A stretch of 64,000 bases of DNA from the NCBI GenBank assembly GCA_963768855.1, contig CAVYJM010000006.1:480001-544000 (forward strand). The letters are read 5' to 3'. The notes beneath the pieces were generated by a model. The model had not been told where the DNA came from. It made no database searches and worked only from the letters and a program-made list of their open reading frames with translations. This DNA is from an uncultured Thermoplasmata archaeon. GTDB lineage: Archaea; Thermoplasmatota; Thermoplasmata; RBG-16-68-12. A program made the translations under genes and the position numbers. Each line of letters starts with the position of its first letter. The first letter of the stretch is position 1. Shown piece after piece: positions 52,780-61,634 of this stretch.

Positions 52780-53142
52780 TCAGGGACTCCTCGTGTCGAC
52801 GACACAGAAAAGATTGCCCTCGGGGTCCGCGAGAACGATGAAGTCCTCCCCAGGCTCGCGCGCTTGGTAGAGCGTAGCGCCGAGGCGGAGCAGCCGCTCG
52901 ACCTCTCCCTCCGGGTCCTCGGTGTACAGGTCGAGATGCAACCGGCCTCGCAGGGGCTCCATCTGGTCGATGGACACGTTGGGCCCTCGCCCGCTGGGGT
53001 CCTTGAGGACGATGAACTCATCCCCTGGGGCCGGTGGGTTCCGCGGAGCGTAGCCAAGCGCCTCCTGCCAGAACGCCATCATCCGAGAGAAGTCCTTGCA
53101 GTCGATGACGATGGATCCGACACGAACCTTGCCCTTCTCCAT
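52780..53142 (-). CDS. VOC / glyoxalase superfamily protein
   Basis: IVIDCKD....AFWQEALG, RLHLDL, LADPEGNLFCV. Confidence 0.9.
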   Translation of the reverse strand: MEKGKVRVGSIVIDCKDFSRMMAFWQEALGYAPRNPPAPGDEFIVLKDPSGRGPNVSIDQMEPLRGRLHLDLYTEDPEGEVERLLRLGATLYQAREPGEDFIVLADPEGNLFCVVDTRSP

Positions 53143-53271
53143 GACATCCATGACTCGGCGATTGGGCGATAAACTTGCCTCGTTCAGCCGAGGGCCCGCT
53201 TCCCTCCGATCGTCCGGTAGAGCGTCCTGGGGACCGCGCTCTCCCCTTCCCTGTCTCCCGGTCGACCGCAG

Positions 53272-53844
53272 TCAGGCGCGCCCGTGCGACTCGCCTTTCA
53301 CCGTCGCTGCGGCAACCAGGTGCGCGACCCGCAGCGGCTCCGGGAGCGCACCCCGGACCGTCGTGAGGGTGATCCCTTCCAAAATCTCGGCGCGGGTCGC
53401 CCCCACGTACGTCACGCGCAAGGGCGTGTGGCGCGTGGTGACCTCCTCGATCCGGTGATCTTTGATGAGGGCCCATCGCTCCTCCCAGTCGTCGAACTTC
53501 CGGCGCAGGGCGGCCCGGATCGCGTCCAGGTCCGGCGCGCGGCGGGTCACGGTCACGACGGGAACATCGAGCTCCTCGTGGAGGGCGTCCAGGTCAATCA
53601 CGTTGAACCCGCCGACCGCGATGCCGTTCAGGAAGACCATTCGCAATCCTTCGCGGTACCGCGAGGTGCGGATCATCCCCAGGATGCGCTCCGTCGCGTC
53701 CCGCCCGTCGACGTGAGCGCGGCCCATGAGGACTCCCTCGATGTACGAGGGCGCCTGGACCGCGACCCCGACGAGGGGGACCTCGTCGTCTCCAAAGTGG
53801 AACGGGCCATCGTCGATCCCGAGGAATCGGGACTTGGATTTCAT
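53272..53844 (-). CDS. DUF99 family (endonuclease V-like fold) protein
   Basis: LGIDDGPF, DGRDATE, GIAVGGFNVID, PEPLRVAHL. Confidence 0.88.
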   Translation of the reverse strand: MKSKSRFLGIDDGPFHFGDDEVPLVGVAVQAPSYIEGVLMGRAHVDGRDATERILGMIRTSRYREGLRMVFLNGIAVGGFNVIDLDALHEELDVPVVTVTRRAPDLDAIRAALRRKFDDWEERWALIKDHRIEEVTTRHTPLRVTYVGATRAEILEGITLTTVRGALPEPLRVAHLVAAATVKGESHGRA

Positions 53845-53847
53845 CGC

Positions 53848-54201
53848 TCACACGAGCTTCAGGTGGCCGGTGACTTGGTCGACGACCTCGTTGGGCCCTG
53901 GCCCCACGGCCAGGCAGGTGACCGTACCGGGTGGGAGTTCCGTCAGCCCGGCGTCTTCGACGAGGGCCGTCGTCAGTCCGAGGGAACGGGCCTTGTTCTG
54001 GAGCAGGTGGAGCTCATGGAGGTCCGCCGCCTTGACGACGACCTTCTTCTGGCCTTCGTCGTACCAGTCCGAGAAGGCTTTGCGGTGCCTCGCCTTGGCG
54101 TCGAGCGCCGCCATGACCGCAGCGTGCGCGACCTGAACGGCGAGCTTCCCGCGGGACAGCTCGAGGTCCGCCCGGACCGCCACAACGAGCTTGTGTCTCA
54201 T
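53848..54201 (-). CDS. pth2: Peptidyl-tRNA hydrolase type 2
   Basis: KLVVAVRADL.LSRGKLAVQVAHA, GQKKVVVK, VEDAGLTELPPGT.TCLAVGP. Confidence 0.96.
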   Translation of the reverse strand: MRHKLVVAVRADLELSRGKLAVQVAHAAVMAALDAKARHRKAFSDWYDEGQKKVVVKAADLHELHLLQNKARSLGLTTALVEDAGLTELPPGTVTCLAVGPGPNEVVDQVTGHLKLV

Positions 54202-54209
54202 TCCGCTCA

Positions 54210-54842
54210 TCATCCGTACAGCTCCGTCGCGCGCTCCTCCTCCAGCTTCCGGAGCTCCGTCTCGACACGCTTCAGGTCCGCTTTCGCCTCGTCCCGTTTC
54301 TGCTCGTAGTGGGACCGTGCGTCCGCCGAGTGGAGCTGCATCCGGCGCTCAAGGTCCTTGACCGTGCGGCGGAGCCGTTCGCGCTCCTCCGCGAGGGCTT
54401 CGAGCTTCATTCGGATCCGGTGGTCCTTCTCGTCATCCGTCAGGAGGGACTCCGGTCCCGCTTTCGGCATGCGGGTCAGGGCGGGATGCAGCCGCGCCAT
54501 CCACGGATACGCGCCGCGCCACCAGCCCACGACGAAGAACAGGACGCTGAGCCCGACCAGCCCGGAGGCGATGTACGGAGTCTGTACGTAGCCGAGCCCC
54601 GTCGACTCGTTCACTCCGAGGGAGTTGAGGAGGAATCCCCAGAGCACGGTGACCGCGATGGAGAGGACGATTCCGAGGGTGAGCCGATACAGGAGGTCGT
54701 ATTCCCGGTCGAGTTCTCCGCGCCTCGGGTAGAGGACGTTCACGAGGAGGAGCCCGGGGACGACAAAGGTGAGGAGGATGGCCCCGAGGACGCGCAGGAC
54801 CCCGAGGAATCCGAGCAGGGCGTCGGTTAGGGCGTCGGCCAC
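54210..54842 (-). CDS. DUF1616-like membrane protein with C-terminal coiled coil
   Basis: FVVPG.LLV..LYP...ELD...RL.LGIVLS; 4 TM segments, then an E/R/K helix. Confidence 0.72.
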   Translation of the reverse strand: MADALTDALLGFLGVLRVLGAILLTFVVPGLLLVNVLYPRRGELDREYDLLYRLTLGIVLSIAVTVLWGFLLNSLGVNESTGLGYVQTPYIASGLVGLSVLFFVVGWWRGAYPWMARLHPALTRMPKAGPESLLTDDEKDHRIRMKLEALAEERERLRRTVKDLERRMQLHSADARSHYEQKRDEAKADLKRVETELRKLEEERATELYG

Positions 54843-54952
54843 CGCAATCGGCGAGCCTCCGGAGTCTATTTGAAGGTTGTGCGGCGCTCGCTCCTTCCCG
54901 GAAAGTCTTTCCTCTCCGCGGCCTATGCACGCGTGTTCCCAGGGGGAATCGC

Positions 54953-55669
54953 GTGGAGAGGACCCGGATCAAGACCTACATACGCGGCTTCGATGAGGCG
55001 GTCGGAGGCGGACTGCCGGAAGGGTACGTCGTCCTCATCTCCGGGGCCCCGGGCACGATGAAGTCGTCGCTCGCCTTCTCGATCCTCTACCAGAACGCGC
55101 TCCGAGAGGGCAAGCGGGGCGCCTACTTCACCCTCGAGCAGAGCAAGGACCTGCTCCTGGAGCACATGGCCTCCATGGGGATGGCGGACGACAAGGCGTG
55201 GGAGAACCTCGTCATGATGGACATGGGGAACATCCGCAAGAACCTCAACTACCTCCAGGGCCGTGGCACGTGGCTCGAGCTCTTCAAGATGTACTGCAAC
55301 AACGTGATGAAGTCGGAGAAGATCTCCTGCCTCGTCGTCGATTCGCTGGACGTGCTCGAGACGATGGCGAAGATGCAGGACCGGCGGTCCGACCTGTATT
55401 TCCTGTTCGAATGGCTCCGCGACCTGGGGCCGCTGACCCTCCTCCTCTCCGAGCAGCCCCTTGAGACGGGCGGCGGCCGCCAGCCGGACGAGGCCTACCT
55501 CGCGGACGGGATCATCCAGCTCGAGATGCACGCCGCCTCGGACCTCTTCGTCCAGCGCCGTGTGCGGGTCGCGAAGCTGCGCGCGACGAGACACAACACG
55601 GGCTACTACGCCCTGACCTACGAGGACGGCGGGTTCGAGGTCGCCCGGGCCGTCTCGGGCTCCGGCTGA
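54953..55669 (+). CDS. KaiC/RAD55-like RecA-superfamily ATPase (single domain)
   Basis: TYIRGFDEAVGGGLP, GAPGTMKSS Walker A, YFTLEQ, LVVDSL, YLADGII, KLRATRH. Confidence 0.92.
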   Translation: MERTRIKTYIRGFDEAVGGGLPEGYVVLISGAPGTMKSSLAFSILYQNALREGKRGAYFTLEQSKDLLLEHMASMGMADDKAWENLVMMDMGNIRKNLNYLQGRGTWLELFKMYCNNVMKSEKISCLVVDSLDVLETMAKMQDRRSDLYFLFEWLRDLGPLTLLLSEQPLETGGGRQPDEAYLADGIIQLEMHAASDLFVQRRVRVAKLRATRHNTGYYALTYEDGGFEVARAVSGSG

Positions 55670-55701
55670 GCGGCGAACGTATCCTCCGAGAGAACGGGAC
55701 C

Positions 55702-55715
55702 GAAGGACTTTATAC
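55702..55715 (+). promoter_or_regulatory. BRE/TATA promoter of the histidine kinase operon
   Basis: GAAGGA-CTTTATAC; same pattern as other promoters in the window. Confidence 0.6.
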
Positions 55716-55781
55716 CCGGCCCGTCGGATACGAAAGAGACCCGTCGGGCTACCCTGCGGGTTCCACGAGACCGCAGACCCC

Positions 55782-58700
55782 ATGCAGGACCTAGAAGAGA
55801 GCGAGCGCCGATTCCGCCTGGCACTCTCCCAGGCACCGGTGATCGCATGGACCACGGATGTCGATCTGAGGTTCACCTGGGGCGTTGGAACGGCCCTCGC
55901 CGATGTTCAACTCGACGCGAAGATTTTCGCCCACCAGAGGGTCGCGGACTTCTTCCCGGGCGAAGGGCCGTCCGCGCCCGTCGAACAGCATCGTCGCGCC
56001 CTGGCCGGCGAATCCGTCCGGTACGAGTTCGAGTGGATGGGGCGCTGGTTCGACGTCCATCTCGAGCCCCTGCGGGACGCGGATGGCGTAATCGTCGGCG
56101 TCATCGGGATGGCGCTCGATCTCACCGAGCGCAGGAAGGCGGAGGAGGCCCTCCGTCTCAGCGAGGACCGCTTCGTCCTCCTCGGCCGCGCCACGAGCGA
56201 CATGGCTTGGGACTGGGACCTGGAGACGGACAGCATCTGGAGGAACGAGAACCTCCAGATCATCTTCGGCTACTCCGCGGAGGACATGGAGCCGGCGGGG
56301 AGCTGGTGGGAGCTCCGGATGCATCCCGACGACCGCGGACGGGTCATGAAGAGCCTCCGGGAAGCGATCGCCGGAGAGGGCTCCTTCTGGAGCGAAGAGT
56401 ACCGCTGGCAGCGGAAGGATGGTAGCTACGCCGTCATCCTGGACCGGGGCTACGTGATCCGCGACGAGCAAGGCACGCCCGTGCGGATGATTGGCTCCAC
56501 GATGGACATCACGAAGCACCGGCGCGAGGAGAAGATCCGCGAGGCAATCTACAAGATCTCTGAGGCGGGGGCGACCGCGAAGGACCTGCCCGCCTTCTAT
56601 GCGGAGGTCCACAAGATCGTGGGCCAGCTCATGCCCGCGCAGAACTTCTATATCGCGCTCCATGATCCGAATACCGATCTCCTGAGCTTCCCCTACTTCT
56701 TGGACGAGCAGGAGGAGCCCCCCGAATCGTACAAGGCGGGTCGCGGCCTCACGGAATACGTCCTGCGCTCGGGGAAGCCGTTCTACGCCTCGACGGAAGG
56801 CTACGAGCGACTCGTGGCCACCGGCGAGGTCGTCCGCGTCGGTCCGATGTCGATCGACTGGGTCGGCGTCCCTCTCGTGGCGAAGGGGAAGACGCTCGGC
56901 GCTCTCGTCCTCCAGACGTACGCCGAAGGCGTTCGGTATGGCGAGGAGGAGCGGGACGTGCTCAGCTTCGTCTCCGAGCAGATCGCGATGGCGATCGAAC
57001 GCAAGCGCGCCGAGGAATCGCTCCGCGACGAGGAGGGCCGCTACCGCCTCCTTTTTGAGTCCAACCCGACCCCCATGTGGGTCTATGACCTCGAGGACCT
57101 CCGGTTCCTTGCCGTGAACGACATGGCGGTCGAGCACTACGGCTACTCGCGGGAGGAGTTCCTCTCGATGACGATTAAGGACATCCGTCTCCCCGAGGAT
57201 GTCGAGGCCCTCGTCGCCTCCGTCATGGGGCCTCGCCAAGTCATCGAGCACTCCGGCGTCTGGAGGCACCGCACGAAAGATGGCCGGTTGATCGACGTCG
57301 AGATCACTTCCCACACCCTGGAGTTCTCCGGTCGGCGCGCCGTCCTCGTGATGGCCAACGACATCACGAAACGCAAGCACGACCAGGAGGCCCTCGTGGC
57401 CGCCGAAGGGAAGTACCGAGGCCTCGTCGAGCAATCCCTCGTCGGCACCTACATCATCCAAGGCGACCGGTTCGTCTATGTCAATCCGAAGCTCGCGGAC
57501 ATCTTCGGCTACACCCCCGACGAGGTCGTCCGCTCGAAGGTGGTCGCGGATCTCGTGGCCCCGGAGGACCGGGCCAAGGTCCTCGAGAACATCCGGACTC
57601 GGCTCGAAAGGGAGACGAAGAGCCTGCAGTATCGCTTCCAGGGAGTCCGCAAGGACGGTTCGCGGATTGCGGTCGAAGTCCACGGGAGCGAGGTGGAGTT
57701 CAACGGAGCCCCTGCGATCATCGGGTCGCTCCTGGATATCACGCAGCGGGAACAGGCCGAAGACCGGCTTCGCCGGTCCGAGACGCGGTTCCGGACCCTG
57801 TTCGAGGCCGCCGCCGATGCGATTCTGCTCGTCAACGCGAAGGGAACCATCCTCGACGCAAACCCGACCGCAGGATTGATCGTGGAGAAGGAACGGGAGT
57901 TCCTCCTTGGAGCGAACCTGGAAGACTTCCTCATGCCGGAGGACCTCGAGCGTGCCCGCGCGTACCTGCGCCGGTGCTTCAAGGGAAACTCGCCCCCGGA
58001 GCGGTTCGAGGTCGCGATTGCGCTCCCCCGGGGAGTCCGGAAGTCCCTGGCCGTCCGCTCGCAGCTGGTCTCCGAGCCCGGTTCCGACCCCTACGTGGAG
58101 ATGATCGTCCGCGACGTCACGGAGCAGATCGAGATGCAGAGACGCCTGCTGGCCAGCGAACGCCTCGCGTCCGTCGGCCAGATGGCCGCCTACATCGCGC
58201 ACGAGATCAACACGCCTCTCGCGAACATCTCCCTGCTCGCCGCCGCGAGCAAACGGAGGACCCAGGACCCCGAGGTGCGCGAGCGCCTCGAGAAGATCGA
58301 CGCGCAGCGCCGGCAGGCGGCGTCCATCATCGCGGACCTCTTGGGCTTCTCCAAGCACCGGGACATCGAACCGGTCGAGGTCGATCTCCGGACCATCCTG
58401 GTGACTGCCGTCGACCAGATCGAGCCCTACCGCTCCCCCAATGTCGTGCTCGTCCAGGACTACGGCGAGACTCCGGTCCCAGCCTACGTGGACCCCCTCC
58501 AGATCCAGGAGGTCTTCGTGAACCTCTTGCGGAACGCCTTCGAGGCGACGACCCGCGGGTCGGTCACCGTCCGGCTCGAGGCCCGGAGTGGCTACCGCAT
58601 CGTGACCGTGACGGACACGGGCCCTGGCATCCCGGCGGAGGTGCAGGGACGCCTCTTCCAGCCATTCGTCACGACGAAGCGGAACAAGGGCGGGACGGGG

Positions 58701-58820
58701 CTGGGGCTCGCGGTCTGCCGGAACATCCTGGCAGCCCACGGAGGCGAAATTCATTTCACCACGACCCCCGGTAAAGGGACCACGTTCACGGTCGTGCTTC
58801 CCCAGAGGGAGAACCCATGA
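55782..58820 (+). CDS. Cytoplasmic multi-sensor histidine kinase (PAS-PAS-GAF-PAS-PAS-PAS-HisKA-HATPase)
   Basis: H box AHEINTPL, N box NLLRNAFEA, G1 DTGPGIP, F box LFQPFVTTK, G2 GTGLGL; repeated PAS/PAC motifs; no TM segment. Confidence 0.95.
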   Translation: MQDLEESERRFRLALSQAPVIAWTTDVDLRFTWGVGTALADVQLDAKIFAHQRVADFFPGEGPSAPVEQHRRALAGESVRYEFEWMGRWFDVHLEPLRDADGVIVGVIGMALDLTERRKAEEALRLSEDRFVLLGRATSDMAWDWDLETDSIWRNENLQIIFGYSAEDMEPAGSWWELRMHPDDRGRVMKSLREAIAGEGSFWSEEYRWQRKDGSYAVILDRGYVIRDEQGTPVRMIGSTMDITKHRREEKIREAIYKISEAGATAKDLPAFYAEVHKIVGQLMPAQNFYIALHDPNTDLLSFPYFLDEQEEPPESYKAGRGLTEYVLRSGKPFYASTEGYERLVATGEVVRVGPMSIDWVGVPLVAKGKTLGALVLQTYAEGVRYGEEERDVLSFVSEQIAMAIERKRAEESLRDEEGRYRLLFESNPTPMWVYDLEDLRFLAVNDMAVEHYGYSREEFLSMTIKDIRLPEDVEALVASVMGPRQVIEHSGVWRHRTKDGRLIDVEITSHTLEFSGRRAVLVMANDITKRKHDQEALVAAEGKYRGLVEQSLVGTYIIQGDRFVYVNPKLADIFGYTPDEVVRSKVVADLVAPEDRAKVLENIRTRLERETKSLQYRFQGVRKDGSRIAVEVHGSEVEFNGAPAIIGSLLDITQREQAEDRLRRSETRFRTLFEAAADAILLVNAKGTILDANPTAGLIVEKEREFLLGANLEDFLMPEDLERARAYLRRCFKGNSPPERFEVAIALPRGVRKSLAVRSQLVSEPGSDPYVEMIVRDVTEQIEMQRRLLASERLASVGQMAAYIAHEINTPLANISLLAAASKRRTQDPEVRERLEKIDAQRRQAASIIADLLGFSKHRDIEPVEVDLRTILVTAVDQIEPYRSPNVVLVQDYGETPVPAYVDPLQIQEVFVNLLRNAFEATTRGSVTVRLEARSGYRIVTVTDTGPGIPAEVQGRLFQPFVTTKRNKGGTGLGLAVCRNILAAHGGEIHFTTTPGKGTTFTVVLPQRENP

Positions 58821-59887
58821 AGATCCTGATCGCCGACGACGACCCGACGCTGCGTTCGGAGCTCGCCGAGCTCCTCCGAGCGGACGGGCATGACGTGTAC
58901 GTCGCTGCAGATGGCGGTGAGGCGCTCGAGCAGCTTCAGGCGGACGCGTTCGAGATCGCGCTGCTGGACCTCGTGATGCCGCGCGCGACCGGCCTCGAGA
59001 TCCTGCACCGCCTCCAAGTCATCCGGCCCGACACCGCGGTGGTCATGATCACCGGGCATGGCTCGGTCGATGTCGCGGTGGAAGCGATGAAGGGAGGTGC
59101 GGTCGACTTCGTCGTGAAGCCCTTCGAGATCGAGGCCCTCCAGCGAATCCTGCAGTCCGTCCAGGACGAGCGGCAGGCACGGGAGATGATCACCCAGCCC
59201 GCCCAGGGGCCCCAGGCGGTGCAGTCGATCCTCGAGGATGCCGCGCGCCGCAAATCCCTCCTGGCCGTGTTGGGACCCGAGGCGGCCCCGCCGAAGGGGG
59301 CCGTCCGCATCCTTCGGCTCGACGACGAGCCGAAGCCTCCGAACGTGTTCACGGCCTCCCAGCTTTATCAGCTCAACGCCGCGATCGAGGACCATGTGTC
59401 CAAGACGGAGGCCCCGGTGGTCTACGCCGCCGAGCTGAAGCGCCTGGAAGACCTCCACGGCCGCGCCGACCTCGAGGCCTGGGTGCGCCACGTCAGCGGA
59501 CGATGCGAAGCCCGGGGCGGCACCTTGGTCGTCAAGGACCTCTCGCCGGAGGTCGTGTCCGACCTCGAGGCAGGGTTCGGCGTGGCCCACACGGAACCGG
59601 GACTGCAGGGGATGCTCGAGTCCCTCGCGAACCCGATCCGGCGGGCCATCGTGTCATTCGTCTTTTCCTCCGGTCCCGTGTCCTATTCATCCATCCTGAA
59701 GATGAACTTCGTCGACTCGTCGTCGAAGCTCTCCTTCCACCTCCAGAAGCTCCAAACGGACAGCCTCCTGACGAAGGCCGAGGGGGGCGCCTACGTCCTG
59801 ACGGAGGAGGGCCGGCAGGCTTGGCGCGTCGTCCGTGCCCTCGGGAACGAACGGCGTCGCCCGCCCCTCCTCTTCGACTCCCGCTAG
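58817..59887 (+). CDS. Response regulator: REC + DUF835-like + C-terminal ArsR-type wHTH
   Basis: ILIADDD, LLDLVMP, ITGHG, VVKPF; LANPIRRAIV...SYSSIL...SSKLSFHLQKL....LL.K; ATGA overlap with the kinase. Confidence 0.88.
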   Translation: MKILIADDDPTLRSELAELLRADGHDVYVAADGGEALEQLQADAFEIALLDLVMPRATGLEILHRLQVIRPDTAVVMITGHGSVDVAVEAMKGGAVDFVVKPFEIEALQRILQSVQDERQAREMITQPAQGPQAVQSILEDAARRKSLLAVLGPEAAPPKGAVRILRLDDEPKPPNVFTASQLYQLNAAIEDHVSKTEAPVVYAAELKRLEDLHGRADLEAWVRHVSGRCEARGGTLVVKDLSPEVVSDLEAGFGVAHTEPGLQGMLESLANPIRRAIVSFVFSSGPVSYSSILKMNFVDSSSKLSFHLQKLQTDSLLTKAEGGAYVLTEEGRQAWRVVRALGNERRRPPLLFDSR

Positions 59888-59957
59888 ACCCCGGTTCTCT
59901 CTGTCAAACGCTCTCAACCAAGGCCTATAAAAGCTCCCGGCCGCATCGAAGTTCCCC

Positions 59958-60368
59958 GTGCAGGATGTGGTGTCTCTGCCGTTGACCGGGAATCTCCCGA
60001 AGTGCCGCCTTCTCATCGTCGACGACGACGAGGGCATGAGGGAGAACCTCGCGGAGCTGTTCGAGTCCGTGGGCTACTCGGTCCGCACCGCCGCGAACGC
60101 GCCCGAGGCGCTCGAGATTCTCGATGCGAACGACGTGGACATACTGCTGACCGACTACAAGATGCCCGGTCCGACCGGCGTGGAGCTGATCGAGAAGGCC
60201 CGGAACCGCCAGCCGGGCCTGCGCGCGGTCCTGATGACCGCGTTCGGAGACAGTTTCACGGAGATCGAGAGCGCCCGCCGAGGGGCCGCCGGATACCTGA
60301 AGAAGCCGTTCGAAGCGGACCAAGTCGTCGCCTTCGTGGAGAAGATCCTGGCGTTGCGGGGGGATTGA
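59958..60368 (+). CDS. Stand-alone receiver-domain response regulator
   Basis: LLIVDDD, LLTDYKMP, MTAFG, LKKPF; CTATAAAA TATA at 59925-59932. Confidence 0.92.
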   Translation: MQDVVSLPLTGNLPKCRLLIVDDDEGMRENLAELFESVGYSVRTAANAPEALEILDANDVDILLTDYKMPGPTGVELIEKARNRQPGLRAVLMTAFGDSFTEIESARRGAAGYLKKPFEADQVVAFVEKILALRGD

Positions 60369-60387
60369 GCGCGTGCAAGCCCTGGCA

Positions 60388-60726
60388 ATGAGCCAAACCG
60401 TGATGGACCCGTACAGCGCCCGGATCCTGTTGGGGACCTGCGAGAGCGCAGTCTCGGCCCTGGACCTGAGCCATCGCTTCGGGATCCCGATCGCCGCGTG
60501 CTACCGCCGCATCCGCCAGCTCGAACACCTCGGCCTCGTCTACTGCGAACGCGCGTTGCCCTCCCGGAACGGGAAGGGCCTCCAGCTCTTCCGGTCGCGG
60601 TTGAAGTCCGTCCGGGTGAGCCTCGAGGAAGGTCGCTTGAAGGCGAGCATCGTGATCGACGACGGCGCGCAGCCCCTCGCCTCGGAGCAGGTCATCAACC
60701 TGACCGAGACGCCTCTGAACCCCTAG
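60388..60726 (+). CDS. Small winged-helix DNA-binding protein
   Basis: DPYSARIL......SALDLSHRFGIPIAACYRRIRQLEHLGLV. Confidence 0.85.
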   Translation: MSQTVMDPYSARILLGTCESAVSALDLSHRFGIPIAACYRRIRQLEHLGLVYCERALPSRNGKGLQLFRSRLKSVRVSLEEGRLKASIVIDDGAQPLASEQVINLTETPLNP

Positions 60727-61540
60727 GTGGGACGGCCGCGGCCCGGGGCACGTTTCTGTCCCGGGCCCGTTCGAGCTGATCCGCCGTCACGAATCCCCGG
60801 TCCAGCGCGAGCGCGCGGAGGGCGGTGTACGCGAACTCGGCCAGGGGCTCTAGGTTCACGACGTCCTCGAGGTTGTACGCGACGAGGGTCTCGAGCGCAT
60901 CGTCGTTCCCCGCTTCGTATTCGCCCCACAGACGGATCGCGTCGAATCCGCTCATTCCCGCCGTCTCGTCGCTGCGCTCGATGCCGAGGCGGCGCTCGAT
61001 CTTCTTCAGCCCTCCCCAGTACCCGAGCCTGTGCAGGGGATTCATCAGGTCGAGGTGGAGCTGGTCGAGCCGCAGGCGCGGGAAGGCGCGCCGCAGGAAG
61101 GGCACGTCGAACCGCATCCCGTTGAACGTGACGAGCAGCTGCGCCTCGTCCAGGGCTTCGGCCAGCTCCTCGAGGTTGACTCCCTTGATGAAGGACCGCT
61201 TGCGGCGGCCGTCGTACACGCCCACCACAGTGACCGCGTCCCGGCCGATGTCGAGTCCCGTGGTCTCGATGTCTAGGTACGCGACGCGGCTCCGGAACTC
61301 GGGCCACGCCCGCCAATGCTCCCGCGTCGGGAGGCGGCGGGTGAAGTACCGGTAGCGCCCGCGGCGCAGCGCTTCTTCGGATCGTCCGATCTCCTCCTCG
61401 AGGGTCGCCCGGAGATGCGGGGGTAGCGCGGACACCCTCTCCGTCCCGATGTCGTCCCAGGAACTGAGGCCCAGTTGCCAGAGCCGTTCCTCCGTCCGGT
61501 ACCCGACCCCGGGGACGTGGACGAAGGTCTGGCGCAGCAT
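60695..61540 (-). CDS. YprB-like RNase H-fold (DnaQ-like) exonuclease with N-terminal HhH
   Basis: HVPGVGYRTE..LW..G; YLDIETTGL, LVTFNG..FDVPFL, HLDL, GGLK.IE, YNLEDV.NL. Confidence 0.88.
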   Translation of the reverse strand: MLRQTFVHVPGVGYRTEERLWQLGLSSWDDIGTERVSALPPHLRATLEEEIGRSEEALRRGRYRYFTRRLPTREHWRAWPEFRSRVAYLDIETTGLDIGRDAVTVVGVYDGRRKRSFIKGVNLEELAEALDEAQLLVTFNGMRFDVPFLRRAFPRLRLDQLHLDLMNPLHRLGYWGGLKKIERRLGIERSDETAGMSGFDAIRLWGEYEAGNDDALETLVAYNLEDVVNLEPLAEFAYTALRALALDRGFVTADQLERARDRNVPRAAAVPPRGSEASRSG

Positions 61541-61634
61541 CGCTCCGGGCGGAGTGGGAGGCAGGGCATAGCCGTTGCGGCCGGGTGCGCGAAGCGCTCG
61601 CAAAGCCCTTTACCGTGGGCCCCCATGGCCGCGC

